Shown here: one piece after another, positions 49,387-62,150 of the stretch
Layout: every line of letters starts with the position of its first letter
Position numbering within the stretch: the stretch's first letter is position 1
Assembly (NCBI GenBank): GCA_001244265.2
Contig: CDLV01000005.1
Location: forward strand, 1,178,001-1,242,000
DNA length: 64,000 nt
Source: Microbotryum violaceum
Lineage: Eukaryota
Direction of reading: 5' to 3'
Position numbers and translations under genes: made by a program
The notes under the pieces: generated by a model
The model's input: the letters and a program-made list of their open reading frames with translations, nothing else
Told to the model about the DNA's origin: nothing
The model's database searches: none

Positions 49387-49887
49387 TTTGTAAATCTCTT
49401 CTCACCCGGGACTTAGGCGGTGCGTTTCGACGATGCGGGGCAATTTTCTCCTTTTTACCTTAGTTCGACGTGTTTGGATTCATGAGTCCAAGAATCGTGT
49501 CTTTTCGAGCTTGCAGCGGAGTGGCTTGCGGCGGACTGGCGGACTGGCGGATTTCTCTGTCTTTCGTTTATGGGTGTACCCATCTTCTTATTCTCATTCT
49601 GCTTTTGGTTTCCCTGCGTCTTTGTCTTGGGCTTTCTTTCTTCTCACTTCTCACTCTATGTCTCTCCCTTCTTCTTTCCCTGTGTAAAAGTGCCTGCAAC
49701 ATTTGGGGTTTTTGCTTGGTCTTTTTTTCTCTCGATAAAGAAGAATGTATGCACAAATATAATGGGGCATCCGACCTGACCATGCCAAATCTAACGTCGA
49801 AGGAGAGTCGTCAAAGAACTATGCATGTTTAAATGCTGCGTCATGGGCCATGAAAAACGTTGTAAGGTCGTGAAAAAAATGATCTCG

Positions 49888-51740
49888 TCACTCATCAGAA
49901 GGATTGGCGACCCTGCAACGAAGTTAAAAGAGGGTTGTGTAAGTTGCGTTCGACACAGCAATCTTCCCGAAGAGGTCAAACCTGACGTACCTCAACACTC
50001 GTTTCCTCGAATAATCCTGCCCGTCCGCCAGACTCTCCTGGCTGTGATTGTCATCCTCCTTGTACGTTCTCGGCTCGATACGATCATCAGGCTTCGAAAC
50101 GACGAAAGGGTTCTCCCTCGTCTCTTCCAACTCCTCCATGCGCTCGACCCCTCCAGAATGTTCTGGCGATGATCGTTCAGTCGATACACCATTAGCTTGA
50201 TCGAAGAACCCTCGAGCCCAGTCGGGTAGAGGTTCTTCTTCTGCACCTTCGCCAGAGAAGGCTCGCGAATGACCGAGGCTTGAAAAGCCACCGTAGGCTG
50301 AGGCCATGCCGTGCAAGGAGCCGTCACTGGGGGAGGGGGAATAATGTCCTATCTCGGTCGAGTAGCGGCGTTGACGAGCGTGGTCCGAGTCGACCGAAGC
50401 ACCGTAGCTAAGAGGTCGACGATACGGCGTGTCGTCGTGCGCTCGATCGTAAGGTGTTCGAGCGAGACCATAGCCAGCCGCAGCACCCGTTAACCCGACG
50501 GCACCATAACTCGACAACGTGCTGCGTGGTCCGAAACTCGACATGCGTCCGTCTGAGGTGCTCGTGGGATCGTAAGGGTTCCCATGTCCATCTTCGCTAT
50601 CATCGTCGTTGAAGCGAGCGATCCCAGCTCCGCCGTCCCCTGCGCCCCCGGCCGCGACGCGCAAATCTTCATCGAGTCGCCGTCGTTTTTTTCTCCGAAT
50701 GTAGAAGAAGCCGACACCGACGGCGATGAAGGCGACGATCACACCCACGGCAAGGAAGACGCCAACGACGGCGCCAGTCTTGGAGAAGAAGCCGTTACCC
50801 CCCGAGGCGTCGCCGTTCGAGTTGAGCGTCCGCGCCCCTGTCGTCGTCGCGGCGGGGACAAAGACGTAAGTTGTGAGGATCGTGGTCGCGTACACGACGG
50901 CGCCCCCCGAGCTCGTGTACGTGTACAGCGAGGTTTCGTACACTGCCGAGCGACTGTCAGGAGTGCTTCAATAGGTGTGGTAGGTCAGCTTCTGTGAACA
51001 TTCAGATGGGCGCGCACTCGCGAGTTGGGCTAAAACCATGCGGGTGCCAAGGCCCAGGCGCCGTCGATCGTTCGATGAATCCCCAAGCAAAGCATCAATG
51101 GTGTGCGGTAAGCTCGACTTACGTGCTCTCTGCCACAGCTGCACTGGTCAAAGTATCGGCCGAGGTGGGTGCTTGTGTAGCACTTGCACTGGATGTCAGA
51201 TTCAGCTTGGTCCTACTTGTCCGTGCGGTGGTCTCGGCAACTGAGCTCGCTCTCGTTGCGCTCGACGAGGGAGCCGAGTTGCTTGTGTCGAGGACCGAGC
51301 TCGAAACCGCTGTGCTTGCTGCACTTTGCACTGGCGTTGTCGCCTGAACTGGGGTCGTCGTTGCAGACGAAGAAGCCTGGGGTGTGAACTGTGAGGTCGT
51401 GTTCGCAGCTGCGGGCGATGACGGGGTCGTCGTTGCTGAATCGACTGGAATGGTCGTCGCGGTTGCCGGAGTCGTCGTCGCTAGGCTCGATGTGGCGGTC
51501 CCAGCTGCAGGTCCGCTTTCAGCGGTCGAAGGCGAGCTGTTGTCGTCCGCAGTCGTCGTTGCTGTAAGACAACCGGCACTAATATGAGCAAAGCATCCCA
51601 TGCTGTCTATTAAACTGTTACACATCCTCACGAGCTGTAGTCTCCATCGCGGCGAGCGAAGTGGTGGACGACGTAGGAGACTGTGGTGCGAGACCAGTCG
51701 TGGTGGTGGTGGTGTCGCCGACAGGCGCGGTTGTCTCCAT
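49888..51740 (-). CDS. Wsc/Mid2-type cell-surface sensor (Ser/Thr-rich ectodomain, one TM); 5' end uncertain
   Basis: S/T/A-rich exons, 'FFSKTGAVVGVFLAVGVIVAFIAVGVGFFYIRRKKRRRLDED', and C-terminal 'SLADGQDYSRKRVLR|VANPSDE*' resembling Wsc-family tails. I found no signal peptide or Cys-rich WSC domain in the exons I could assemble. Confidence 0.72.
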
Positions 51741-52634
51741 AAAGACTTCAGGCCGTGGTCCAAGCTTCCGCAATCGTTGCAGGTTCAGGCGATCGAGCCC
51801 TGGCTCCTCGAGGCCGAGGATCCACTGGCCTGAGGATGCGCAGAGTCGATGTAGGTACGACGAGGCGCACTCGACGTTCGGCCCAAGACGAAAGTGGACG
51901 AAAGAAGCTTGGAAACCCAAGGGTGAACTGTTGAGAGCAAGCAGGATAAAGTCTCGAATCTGGCAGCATCCAAGCCCGTTCCAATCACTTTACGAGCGCA
52001 GGCTCTCTGTCGATGGCACCCTGTTTCAAGGATGGTTCGGTCTCTAGGGTTGCAGGCGAAAATGTACCAATTCCTACTGTTTTCTTTCTTCGCAGCAACA
52101 CTGATTAGTGCGATGATAATGCTAGCCCAAGCCTCGATTACCTCTGACCCGCCGGAGCCACGATCGTGCGCTCGATCGCACGCACTTCCCCACCACGGAC
52201 TCCGATGAGCGATCCCATCGCTCGGAAGGGGGCTGAAGCGTGACCAGGTCTCAGATGTAACGAGTTGCAAGGTGAAGCATCAGCGGATCAGAGGAAAACG
52301 AAACTAAGGCATATATTGTGGGAAACAGTTGACATCAACCCCGTCCCATCATTCGGATGCAAGACGGGCTCCGACGGAGTCGACCTTCGGGGAGCATTGC
52401 AACGTGCAACGAATGGCGGCCGACCGCGCCTCGGAACTCCGGTTCAAATTTCAGCGACGCGGTAGACGCTCTGTACCAACTGACAGACATGCGGCTGCTC
52501 CATACAAGAACCCCAAATAAATCAGAAAAATAGGTCTACCAGGACCTCTAAGGCATACTACAAGTTCCGAATTGACATGATACAAGCAAAATAAACAGAA
52601 GAAGCGACTCCCTCAAACCCTCGCTCTACCACTA

Positions 52635-55600
52635 TCAAGCATCATGCAGATCCTCAAAGTTCCTCGACAGCGCCGCACTCAGCACCAACGAATCCACCGA
52701 CGCTCGTGCATCCGCACTACCACTAGTCGTAGTCAACACCTCGGCATGTTCACCGAAAGGGTTTGACTCATCATCCCCAACCGTGCTCGGCACTGCCTCA
52801 TTCCTCAACGAGCTCCCCATCATCGCATTCGAGTACGTTTTCCTCATCGACGTCGAGCGATGCAAGGGCAACATCTCAGCTTGCATGACTACGACATCCT
52901 CCTTCATAGCGTCATCACCAGCGTAACTCGAGTCGCCCATCGAACTGGCGAAACTGCTGGGTCGACCGGTCCCATCGGCGAATACGTCGCCTTCGTCGTT
53001 CGTTGCTGCGCTGAGGTATGACATCTTGCTCGTACGATCGGCGATGGAAGGCTGCCGACTCCGAACATAGTCTTCTTCGTCGTCGACGTCACCTTGAGCG
53101 GACTCGACACCGAGACTGATGACGCTCCCTCGATCGCTCAAGAGCATCGAGTCACGCAATCCACCGTCGAGGGTGAAGGGGATTTGACTGAGTCCACTGG
53201 CGAATCCACTGCGGACGGAAATGGCTTGACTCTCAACACGTGGCTCGCCTGCTCGACCACCATCGACATCCGACGTCGCGGCGAGGGAGGCGGACGAGGT
53301 CGGGCGTTGGCCGGCGAAGGGCAAGAAAGGTGCTGGCAGGGGCGATTCAGGATCGGGGGATCGACGGGCGGATCCATCCGATGAAGGAGAGGTGACGTCG
53401 ATAGCCGCCAATGGGGCCGAGTAAGCAGCATCCGCGTCACTTTCACCTTGTGATGAAGATTGTGCCGCTCGCAGCGTGCTGACCGGTGGTTGAGGAGGCA
53501 TAGGGAACGAAGAGGTCTGAGAAAGCCTCGAGCCGTGTGCCGACAAAGGGGTGTCGCTCAAAATGCTCGGGGAGGGAAGACTCGCTGTGGGTGTCAAGAA
53601 GGTGACGGCGTCCAGCATCGATGGGCTAGACGAAGATCGAGGTGAAGAGATTGAGACGACCGATGTCGAGGCGTGGCGACCTGAAGCCGAGGCCGGGGCC
53701 GCGCTAACCCATTGCGAATCACCCGTCAGTGGTCGGGATCTCGATCCCGTCTCCCCGTCCCCATCGATATCCGAGTAAGCCGAATTGCGAGCACTCGATG
53801 GGATACCCAAACCTGTGGACGAAGCTATCGACAAAGGTGGGTGCAGCGAGCGGTTGTATCCAGGTGAAGGCGGCTCGGCGTCAAACTGGATCGAATGCGC
53901 CGACGCGCGATCACCTGTACCGCCGAGGTGAACCGATGATGCGGTCCAGCGAGGCGAAGAGGAGCCCACACCTTCGGCGGACTCGTCTGATCCATCCGTA
54001 ATGGTCGAGAGCGAGTCGCTTCGATTGACAGGGTCGCGTTGGTCCAAAAGTGAGTCTTCCAATGACCGCCTCTGGTCGTTTTCTCGTGCAAATGTCGACG
54101 CTGGACTCGCATCCGCGAACGGTTTCTGCTCGTTCGAAGCGACGAAAGCAGCAGCGCGCTGGCCCTGCATTGTTGAGGTGACCTTGGGTGTTGGGGTCGA
54201 ACTAAGCGACCCAAAAGAATTGCTGGGAGTAGGCGAGCTCGCTGGAGCGGCGCTTCCTTGCAGTTTGACCAATCCGGCTTGACCACGCCCGAGGACCTCT
54301 ACGCGACGCACGCCTTGAGCATTGACGGGTGTGATTATTTGCGGCGGATCGAGAATGTACGACATGGTCGAGCTTCTCGTTTGCGTCGTCGAGGTTGAAT
54401 TGCTTGAAATGGTCGACAGGTGCGAGCCAGCGGGCATACTAAGGATACCCGCGGGCGAGCGTTCCAACAAGACCGACATGCCTCGGGACGAGGTCGGACT
54501 GGTGTTGGTGAAACCACCACTGAAGCTGCTGCGCGAAGAAGCGCCCGGTGGGGATAGGAGAGCGGAGGTAGGACGCATTCCTAGCGTGCTCGCATGCGGC
54601 GATGTGAGCGTCGGTGCTGTAGGCTGCGCGATGCTCGGCAGCTTGAGGTCGAGACCAGGCGATCGAGGTGGGCGAACAGGTGCCCCACCAGGTGCGGTCG
54701 CATTCGAAGCAGAAAGCTTCTCGGCGCTCAGCACCGGCGGCAGAGGGTGCAGGTCAATGAGATCCGAGTTGACAAAGGACAGCGAGTCGCGACTGGCCAT
54801 GCTGAGGGGCATCGAGTTTCGGACCGCGGCAAGGCGTAAAGATTCTCGCCTCGTATCGTCGGACAGGACTTCGCCGAACGCACCTCGGTTAGCATCGTCG
54901 ATGGCCATCGAGTTGGAGTGAGGAGGTATGTATGCGATCGGGATGATGTTGGTCGATTGCGAGGAGCGGAACGAAAAATCTGATGTCCGTGTCGACCTGG
55001 CATCGTGGTTGTCGGAGTCGAACGATCCGATCGAAGATCGGTCGTGATCGGCGAACGGGTTCTCGCTCTGCAAGATGGAGGAGCGAGTCAAAAAAATAAA
55101 AAATAGAAACAAAACCCTTCCACTGCACAAGCACACTCACCTCGAGCGACGCCCTCGAATGACCTCCCAGTGCTCGTGTCGAGTCGCCAACGTGGCGACC
55201 TCCGAACGAGACTGTGTTGTTGGGACTGCTACGCCTGCGAGCCCCAATCTCAAGACTCTCGGGTGTACCATCCATCCTAAGATGTATCGAAGTACGTTTG
55301 GCAACCGCATCGGCGTTGACACTCCTTCTCTCGCTCGTCGCCGGCGGCGGAGGCGTCTTGGACTGTCGATTCGTGATATGTTTCGAATATCTCCTCCTCG
55401 AAGCCTCCAAACCTCTCGGCTTCCACCATAGGAAATAAAGTAGTCCCAAAGCAACGATGATGCCCGCGACTCCTCCTACGGCGCCGCCGATCGTACTGCC
55501 GAGGTTCTGGCCAGACGAACCGCTCGGCGAGGATGAGCTGGCACAGATGTTCTTAGGGCAGGTGGTGCAATTGCGTTGGGATTGAAAGCACGCGACGCCG

Positions 55601-55653
55601 GCGGGGCATTGGCATTTTGGAATCGGGTCTGTACATGCGAGACAGTTGCTCAT
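52635..55653 (-). CDS. OPY2: Opy2 membrane anchor
   Basis: N-terminal 8-Cys motif 'CLACTDPIPKCQCPAGVACFQSQRNCTTCPKNIC', TM 'IGGAVGGVAGIIVALGLLYFLWW', the Opy2-type 'STNIIPIAYIP' and a long Ser-rich tail. One intron at about 55071-55140. Confidence 0.9.
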
Positions 55654-56903
55654 GGTGAACCAGGTGGACGTGTGGCTGACGCGAATCTCGGGCGAGGGGT
55701 AAGACGCCACAAGCCTGTACGCGACGTGACGAAGTGCGAGGCGGCGCAGATCCCCAAGGATGCGAAATTGACGAGCCTGAGGATTGGCTTGATCAAGTCA
55801 ACGAGGTGATGTCGAACTGCGAGGAACTAAGTCGAAGGGTGTAAAGGGGGGGGGGATCAGTGCGCTGCGAATACGGCGGCAATGGGAGCTGCGCAAACTG
55901 ACTCGAGCCGATTCGTCGTCGGAGTGCGGAGGGGTGCGAGCGGGCTGGCGATGTCCGGAGTCTATCTGCACAAGTCGACGCGGAGCACACGGGAGGAGAG
56001 TGGTAAAAGTCGGAACTGATTATCGAAGAGCTGAACCTTGAAGTTGCAGAGGAGAACTCGGGAAGCTTGGACTTCGCGTGAGCCGCCGGCGACACCGAGG
56101 CAATCACGACTTGAGGTGATCTCGACCTTTGGACGCGAGAAGGCGAGGCGCGTGCACCGCCCGAGACACTGGCGCGAATCTTGAAAGATCCGGTGGGTGC
56201 GCGAGCTGAGCTGCCAGGGGGAGGTGATGAGGACGACGATCGACTGGAGATGTGCTGCGGACCCGAAAGCCTAGCAGAAAAGTCGGAGACCACGCGCAGA
56301 AAGAGACCAGCTCCAGGTGGGTGGGGGATGTGATGAGGAGTCGAGAGCCAGAACCCAGCGCCGGTGACGAGCGTCCGGCCAGGGGCAGTGGGGAGCGACT
56401 GGGGAGCGCCGACGCCTGCCGACGCCCGTGCAACTGTTTCGCCAACGGGTTGGTTGCGCGCGCGCCAGTTCACGCTCGGGCAATATATAATGGGGCGGCG
56501 CGTCAGTCAATCTTGAAGTCATTTATTGCACTAGTAGGCAGCTGTAGGGTTCCACAAAATCCGAAAGTGCCGTGGCGCGTCGAACAATGGGATGAATCGA
56601 CAGTCTCAAGAACCCTCACAGGCCACGGCCCGATCGATTGGATTAGTGTATTGAACATGCATCATGTTCGCGCCTTTCCAGCCTGGGGCTTTCGAGTCAG
56701 CTTGAACCTTTTTTTCTCTCTCTCTCAAGGCGACCCTTTGAAACCCGATTTGAGGCATGAGTACTCTATCTCATCCGCCTTGGCTCCGCCTTGGCTTCGC
56801 CGATCCTCATGTTGCCAGTCGCGCAACTTGGTGACGTATCTCACTTGCACCTGTCGCCTCGCTCGCACTCCCCCTCTCTCGACGCCTCGCACCTCCTCAC
56901 AAG

Positions 56904-58051
56904 ATGCGACCCCGCACCCCTCTCCTCACCTCCCTCCTACCAATCCCAAATTTGTCTCGACACCTCTCGATCCTCGCCTCCGGTACAACCCCAGCATGCG
57001 CGACCACCTCTCGTCATCGATGTCGACCTTTCTCATCCTCGACCCGTTCCTTGGCGAACGAGCAGGACCATTATGCCAATTTGGGCGTGTCGAGATCGGC
57101 TTCGAGGAATGAGATCAAGGACAAGTTCTATCAAGTCAGTTCTTCATCGAGGAGCTGGACGTGTCGATGCTCGTCGCCGTCGAGGCGAAAATTTACCACA
57201 CCTGGCTGATGGGGTGCTTTGGTCGGCTACTGACTCGACTTTGTTCCCTCACCTTGCCAAAGCTCTCTCGAAAGTATCACCCCGACGCCCCCTCCGTATC
57301 CTCGGAATCGGTCGAAAGCCGCACAGCACGCTTCCAAACACTTTCCCAATCCTATACCGTCCTCTCCGACGACACCTCTCGAAGACAATACGATGCGACC
57401 CTCGGCGGATCACCCTCGAGTTCCTTCGGCTCTCGACCCCGTTATACTTCAGGAGCGGCACATGAAGTTGGAAGATCGGGCTTTGGAGGAGGGTCGGGGG
57501 CTGCATGGTCCTGGACGAGTGCGGAGAATGAAGCGAGGAGGGAACGAGCGAATTATGCGTGGAGTCATCCGACGAGGACGAGCAAGAATCCGCGTAACGA
57601 TGAGCAGTATCAGGAATATACACAGGCCGGGTCAGGCTCGGCGGGGAGCCCATTTCATCCGAACAGGGATACGAGGACGAGCGATGAACATTTCCAGACC
57701 TTTGCGGCGAGGGAGGCGAGTATGAGGGGGAGGGGGAGGGGTCCGGCGCCGATGAGTGCTAAAGCGGGGTTCAACTCGTCGGGCAGTAGTCGATTCTCGA
57801 CTGGAACGGCCAGTTTTGGGGCCAAGGCCGATGAGGAGAATAGATTGATCAACGATAGTTCGACCAAGAGGACGGGACAGGTCAGTCAAGGCCTCTTTTG
57901 AACGAGTGGGAGCTTTGCGGGTGTTGATCTCTCCTCTTTCACACATCAGGTCGCTCTGGTGTTTCTGACGACGTTCGTGATCGCCGTCTCATTCAGTGGC
58001 AACAATAGAGTTTCGTCCACGATCCCGACGAATGACAAGCGAAGGCGATGA
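56904..58051 (+). CDS. J-domain (DnaJ) protein with predicted mitochondrial presequence and C-terminal TM
   Basis: Arg/Ser-rich N-terminus ending 'RPFSSSTRS', then 'DHYANLGVSRSASRNEIKDKFYQ|LSRKYHPD...FQTLSQSYTVLSDDTSRRQYD', and a last exon 'VALVFLTTFVIAVSF'. Confidence 0.85.
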
Positions 58052-58148
58052 AGGAGCCGCGCAGAGAGGAACCGACTACAGTGGAATATATATATATATA
58101 TGCAACGCAGTAACGAGACTCCAACACACTATACACCCTGAAGACCTC

Positions 58149-59992
58149 CTACGACTCGACCTGTTCAATCACGGCCTTCTTAGCCGGTTTGGGCCTGAGT
58201 TTCTCCCTGTCAATTCCCTTGGGCGCATGCTTTCTCCTATTCTCTTCCTTCTTCTTCCTCGCTTCGACCATCGTCCTCCTCAACGTCTCGGCATTATGAA
58301 TCGACTTGGGCATGAACCTCTGTCTTTCCAATTTAGCCACATCCCCAACACTTCCCCACTTGTCCCTCAATCCATCCCTGTATTCCTTTCGAGCTTGTTC
58401 ACGCTTATCAATCACGCCAAGTTTGTCGGATGCGCGTGCCTTCCAGATGCGCAGATTCGAGTCGTCCGAGCCGGAGAGGACGAATCGGTTGTCGAGGGTG
58501 TAGAGGGAGGTGAAGACGCGTTGCATGCGTTTAGTATGGTACGTGTCGCGCGATTTGCCTTCTCCTGCGGTCCAGAGGCGCACGGTGCGGTCGTAGGAAC
58601 CCGAGACGAATTCACGACCGGTGGGGGCCCAGTCGCATGACATGACGCTGCGTCGAAGGAAGAAGGGTGCGTTTAGTTGTTTAAAAATCTGAAGGGACGG
58701 AGGAGTGAGCATGGTATACTCACGCTCCGACATGTCCTTTGTACATCTGCGTCGTGATCGAGAGGTTGCGCATGTCAAAAGTGTACAAGTTGTGGTCCTC
58801 GGAAGCGCACAGCAACACGGGCGGTTGCAGAGGGTTGAACACGAGTTGGTTGACGCGCATCTGTAGTAAAAGATGCGTAGATAAGGATTTTGCCAACAAA
58901 GATAAGCTGTAAAGTTTAAACGCTGCAGCTTACCGTCATCGATACCCTTCCGACGGCTTTGCCACTCCTCAGATCGTACAAACACACGGTTCGATCCGAG
59001 CCGCTGCTCGCCAGAACAGACGTCTCGGACTTGTTGAATGCGACGCAAACGATGTGTTCTCCCGTCGACAGGTTCGATGTCGAATGAAACTTGAGCGTCG
59101 ATAAGGGCGCAGTCTTGGTCTCGTCCCAAATGTCGATCGAGTGCGACGCGGTGGCGAATACGGGGTCGTAGCGATGATGGGAGATCGAGTTGAAGCCTGA
59201 TTTGCCGACGTAGGTTTGTAATGGCTGTGAGGATGAGGAAATGGGTTTGTCTTGTCAGCTTCTCACGCGAGGGAGTTGGAGAATGATGAGTTTGCTCTCG
59301 CCTTGACATCATTCCCCTTGTGCGCCGTGACATCCCACAACTTGACGGTCTTGTCCACACCACACGTGAGCAACCTCGGACTACCCCTCGACACGGACCT
59401 GACGATCTCATCATCCTGATCCTGATCGTCTGATTCGTCATCGGTATCGGCTCCGTGTCTGATCGATGTCTTGCCCGTCTTGTCGCCCAACCTGGGCCTC
59501 TTCCTCTTTCTGTTCTTCTCGCCCTGGGCCCTCTCGATCCTGCCCTGCTCCCCCGCAGCGGGATGACTGAACGCCAAAGCCTTGACCATACCGCGATGGG
59601 CGTCCGTAGCGTACCAAACCGATTGCCTCGTTGCCAAATCCCACACCCTCACTTCGCCGTCTCCCGATCCGGAAGCGATCCTGGGTAAAGCGCCGGCTTC
59701 GTCCTTGGTCATACAGTACAAGCCATCGCCGTGACCTTCTAATGCGCCGACGAACGGTTTGGCAAACATGCGTTCGAGTTTGGAGGCGGTGACGGCGCGG
59801 GTGTATTCCCGGGAACGGGAGAAGGGGTGCAAGGACGGGTCGAGGTTGCGCGAGACGGGCGCGGTCGAGGACGACGAGCTGGGGAGATGCTCCTCCAACG
59901 AACGGTGCAGGGTTTTGATTTTCTGTGCGCTCCGAGGGAAGGTGGTCAGCAGCGAACAATTGGGTCGACGGAGCGTGGTGACGTACAACCAT
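58149..59992 (-). CDS. SOF1: U3 snoRNP/SSU processome WD40 protein Sof1 (DCAF13)
   Basis: 'MV|KIKTLHRS...RNLDPSLHPFSRSREYTRAVTASKLERMFAKPF', WD repeats, and 'SRDTYHTKRMQRVF...SGSDDSNLRIWKARAS'. Confidence 0.96.
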
Positions 59993-60272
59993 GGGTGGGG
60001 AAGCCGGGTCGCCGGCAGTGAACGGGGTGGGGAAGACGGCGAGAGAGGACTGCGGAGGTCGGCCCGCTGCGAAGTCGTGCAGTCAGTCACGACTCACGAG
60101 CTGTCACGCATAGCACGAGCCGCGCCGCGCCGCGCCAAAGCTCAGCCCAGCCAGGGGGTCCGAGCTTCGCAAGGCCAAACTTGGGGAGCTCGGCCTGCGG
60201 GCTTGTACTCAGCCTCACCACCGGCAACTCATCTCAACGTTACATTCAGCGTCATCTACGCACACTTCGAAC
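59993..60272. promoter_or_regulatory. Probable bidirectional promoter shared by SOF1 and GPN3
   Basis: Only 280 bp lie between the divergent start codons, with a GC-rich CGCGCCGCGCCGCG core. Inferred from geometry. Confidence 0.5.
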
Positions 60273-61881
60273 AGTGAGTCGTCTACATGCTATTACCGCA
60301 CTGGCTGGTCCAAGCTGACGTCCTGCGCTTCACCCCGCTGCGCTCGCAGTGCGATGTAAGCCCAACCACCACCACCCATACCAGATTCCAACGATGGACT
60401 CATCTCATCGGTACTTTTTCGCACGAATCCTAACCCTCTCCTCTTGCCTCCCCCTCCTGCTCCCCCTCCTCCTGCTCCCCCTCCTCCTCGCCCTGGTCCC
60501 CCCTGGTCCCCCCTCGTCGCCCTCCCTTCCTCCCCATCAAACCCCGCTCTCCCGTTCCCACCACAGACGCCGTTCTCGTAACCGGTCCCGCAGGAGCGGG
60601 CAAGTCCACCTTTTGCGCCTCCCTCATAACCCACGCGCAATCCCTCGGCCGTTCGGTCCATCTCTTCAACCTCGATCCCGCAGCGGACAAGTTCGAGCAC
60701 CCTCCTTCGATCGATATCAAGGATCTGGTCTCGTTGGAAGAGGTGATGGACGATTTGCAGTTGGGGCCTAATGGGGGCTTGATTTATTGCTTCGAGTGAG
60801 TGCGATGACTGCGACGAGTCTTGCCAGCTTTCGTCAGGCTTTTCTCGGGGTGGGGAGCAGAATTTGGAGTGCTTTTAGGGGCTACGTGAAACAAGCGCGG
60901 GAAGCTGATCGGGGAATGACGCTGCAGGTACTTGATGAATAACCTTGATTGGTTGCAGGAGCAGATGGGCGATTACGACGATGATTATGCAAGTACCGTT
61001 CACCCAGCACACCAGGGCCCAACACTCAAGCTGACTGACCCCAATCCCCTCACCGCAGTTGATCATCGACTGCCCCGGCCAGATCGAACTCTACACGCAC
61101 ATACCCGTCCTCCCCAAACTCGCCAAACTGCTCACCTCGACCATGGGCATCCAACTCGTCTCCGTCTACCTCCTCGAATCTCAATTCATGGAAGATACTG
61201 CAAAGTACTTCTCAGGCGTGTTGAGTGCGATGAGTTGCATGGTCGGCTTGGAGGTGCCGAGCGTGAACGTGATGAGTAAGATGGATTTGGTCAAGAAAGG
61301 GACCACGGGCGCCAAGAGGCGAAAGCAGGTTGATAGGTGCGTACAGGATATTCTACTGCGAAATTGCCTCGCGCTGAGTTGGCTCTGGTCGCGTATAGGT
61401 TCCTCGATCCGGACCCGGAACTATTACGCGAATCGGCAAACCGGACCACGAACCCCAAGTTCCATGCGCTCAATTCGGCCCTCGTCCAATTGGTCAGTTT
61501 CAAAGTGAACCTCGGTGGTCAGCCAGTAGTCCCCCTGTGCTTAATTTGGTTTGCGGTCTCGGGACCAGATCGAGGACTTCAACATGGTGCAATTCTTGCC
61601 TTTGGACGTGACCGATGAGGAATCAATCGGGGTTATCTTGTCCCACATCGATAACGCTATTCAGTCAGTTTTAGATACAAGGAAAAGGCTTCATCTGATC
61701 ACTTGCTGAGTGTAACTACCCTTCTCTTGTTCAGGTACGGAGAGCACGAGGAACCCAAGGAACCGCATGATGTGAGTCTTCGCGCTTCCTCTTGGTCTTG
61801 CCTGAAAGATGAAACTGACACAGGCGAGGTTGCGTCTTGTCTAAACAGATGGACGAGGGTGATTTCGACGTAGCAGAATAG
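60273..61881 (+). CDS. GPN3: GPN-loop GTPase 3
   Basis: '[17 protein letters not shown]', 'NLDPAA', '[14 protein letters not shown]', '[13 protein letters not shown]' and '[16 protein letters not shown]'. The start codon is assembled across intron 60274-60349. Confidence 0.95.
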
Positions 61882-62150
61882 TTAGACTGAGATGATCCGT
61901 GTTGTACAATTTGTGGATCGCCGTTTCTGAGCTTGTCCCTGCGTGCAAGTCACGTGAGCGAACGGCCGGATGCTCCTGGCCGTTAGCGCACCGATGAGAC
62001 GCTTCGCCCCGTCTTCTTGACCTCCTGCGACCACTTTGATCGCGGGAGGAGCTTCTCGCAGCGCTTGTCAAGTTGCCGGAGTGTTCAGACTGGTTACCGG
62101 ACGTCTGTTCCTGGATCTTGGGCTCCTAGACTATACATCCGCAGCCCGTG

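Noticed and set aside
55793..57112. Long ORFs 55793-56473 (-) and 56252-57112 (+)
   Set aside because: They have non-ATG starts and low-complexity translations. The region fits the OPY2 5' leader and the divergent OPY2/J-protein promoter (TATA-like at about 56483).
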